Shown here piece after piece: positions 62,608 to 64,000 of a DNA stretch of 64,000 bases (positions are counted from its first letter, which is position 1; every line of letters begins with the position of its first letter). Both the position numbers and the translations under genes were made by a program. Source of the stretch: Chiloscyllium plagiosum (lineage: Eukaryota); the NCBI RefSeq assembly GCF_004010195.1, contig NC_057718.1, positions 93,522,561 through 93,586,560 of the forward strand, in the 5' to 3' direction. The notes beneath the pieces were generated by a model. The model was not told where the DNA came from. It saw only the letters and a list, made by a program, of their open reading frames with translations, and made no database searches.

Positions 62608-62942
62608 TTAAATTCATTTGTGGGATGTGGGTGTTGCTGGTTGGGCCAGCATTTATTGCCCATTCCTAGTTACCCCCTTGAGAAGGTGGTGATGAGCTGC
62701 CTTCTTGAACTGCTGCAGTCCACCAACTGTGGGTTGACCCACAATGCCCCTAAGGAGTGAATTCCAGGATTTTGACCCACCGACAATGAAGGAATGGTTA
62801 TATATTTCCAAGTCAGGATAGTGAATGGCTTGGAGGAGAACTTGAAGGTGATGGTGTTCCCATGTATCTGCTGCTTTTGTCTGTCTACATGGAAATGGTT
62901 GTGGGTTTGGAAGTTGTTGTCTAAGGATCTTTGGTGAATTTC
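62608..62942 (-). mobile_element. CR1/L2-group LINE 3' UTR
   Basis: ggccagcatttattgccc...cttgagaaggtggtgatgagctgccttcttgaac. Confidence 0.7.
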
Positions 62943-62950
62943 TATGTAGG

Positions 62951-63525
62951 TATGACGATGGCCTTAGTTTAAAAAGGTTATTTTGACCTGTTCTTTTGAA
63001 GAGAGGTCCTAAAGACAGAGAGGCTGAAGAGTCTAGCTGAACAATGGAAAGGGTCTGGCCAGTTCTCCCAGTTCAAGTTTTTTCTAGTTTATTTTAACAC
63101 TAGCAGTCACAAGACGTGTGAGTCCCCAGGAGTTGCAAGCTTTGGTAAAGATTCCTTTGACTTTCTTCTGAGATCTCTCACTGGATGCTGCTCTCTCCTG
63201 CATGTGAGAGGCTGTGTTTGAATTTACCTTTTTGCTAAGAGTGTGTTAATGGGATATCACTGTCTTGGAACAGTTAGTTCATAATAGTTACTGTATTAGA
63301 TCAGTTAAGGTTTCCCATAGTTAAGCTATTCCAAATTCTGCTTTCCTTTCTTTGTGTTTCAATAGTAGTGTTTAAATAAATTCTGTTTTGCTTAAAGCTG
63401 AGTGATTTGACCAGCTGCATCACACCTGTAATATCCACTACATATCTACCTTTACAATAAGAAAGAAGTAGGGTCTAGGCTAGCTTCTTAAAATATTTTG
63501 AGGGGGTCTGGCCTGGTCCATAACA
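62951..63525 (+). mobile_element. Solo LTR (575 bp)
   Basis: 5-bp TSD gtagg at 62946-62950 and 63526-63530; ends ...cataaca; AATAAA near 63376; 5' end reads TA rather than TG. Confidence 0.7.
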
Positions 63526-64000
63526 GTAGGCAAAAGCAATGTGCAAGCATTGCACCTTTATCAAAATAAAAATGGTGGCCATGCAGACAGCCAGTTTGTC
63601 AATCCCCACAACAACACCATGACCAATCAGAATCTACTTGCCTGCTTTGGGAATTAAGATTGACAGTTAATGGTTATGGCTGCATTTCCATGCGAATGAC
63701 CGCCCATCCAATGAGCACTGTCTTCTCCTTCTGTATAAAATGGCATCCCTTTGTTCAAATCTGTTTCTTACACCTTACTTCTGAAGAGCGCAAGATGAAA
63801 GGCTTGAACTTCTTGTCTTCAGTTAACAATGGTTAACGAGATCATTTGGCCCATCATGTCTGCCCTGGCTCTCTGATGAGCATGATTACTTAGTGCCATA
63901 CATTTGTCTTTTCCCTATATCCTTTCAGATTGTTTCAATTCAATTAATCATTCAGTGTCCTCTTAAATGTCCCAGCTGACTCTGCCACCATTTTACCTCC

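Overview
Eukaryotic, repeat-saturated DNA from a cartilaginous fish. The shark/ray assignment is inferred from many HE1/V-SINE copies with CR1-type tails, plus Deu-type SINEs. I recognise no host protein-coding gene; nearly every protein-like ORF in the track is a transposable-element fragment or a repeat artefact. Main contents: (1) many Penelope-like element (PLE) insertions from at least three families, whose pseudo-LTRs carry minimal type-I hammerhead ribozyme motifs and often form inverted hairpins with 13-17 bp target-site duplications (TSDs); (2) a decayed but domain-complete Ty1/copia retrotransposon (gag-PR-IN-RT-RNaseH, minus strand, ~16.4-28.3 kb) broken up by about a dozen nested insertions; (3) a Tigger/pogo-like MITE whose interior expanded into a ~2.7 kb hierarchical 14/28/56-bp satellite; (4) a ~900 bp degenerate interstitial TTAGGG array with higher-order structure; (5) a Gypsy integrase fossil, two solo LTRs, a Harbinger-type Myb/SANT remnant, and CR1, Rex1/Babar and RTE LINE fragments; (6) locally templated rearrangements and a few weak candidate exons. 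There is one 208-N assembly gap. Family assignments come from motif recognition by eye, not database searches, and boundaries are approximate unless a TSD is given.
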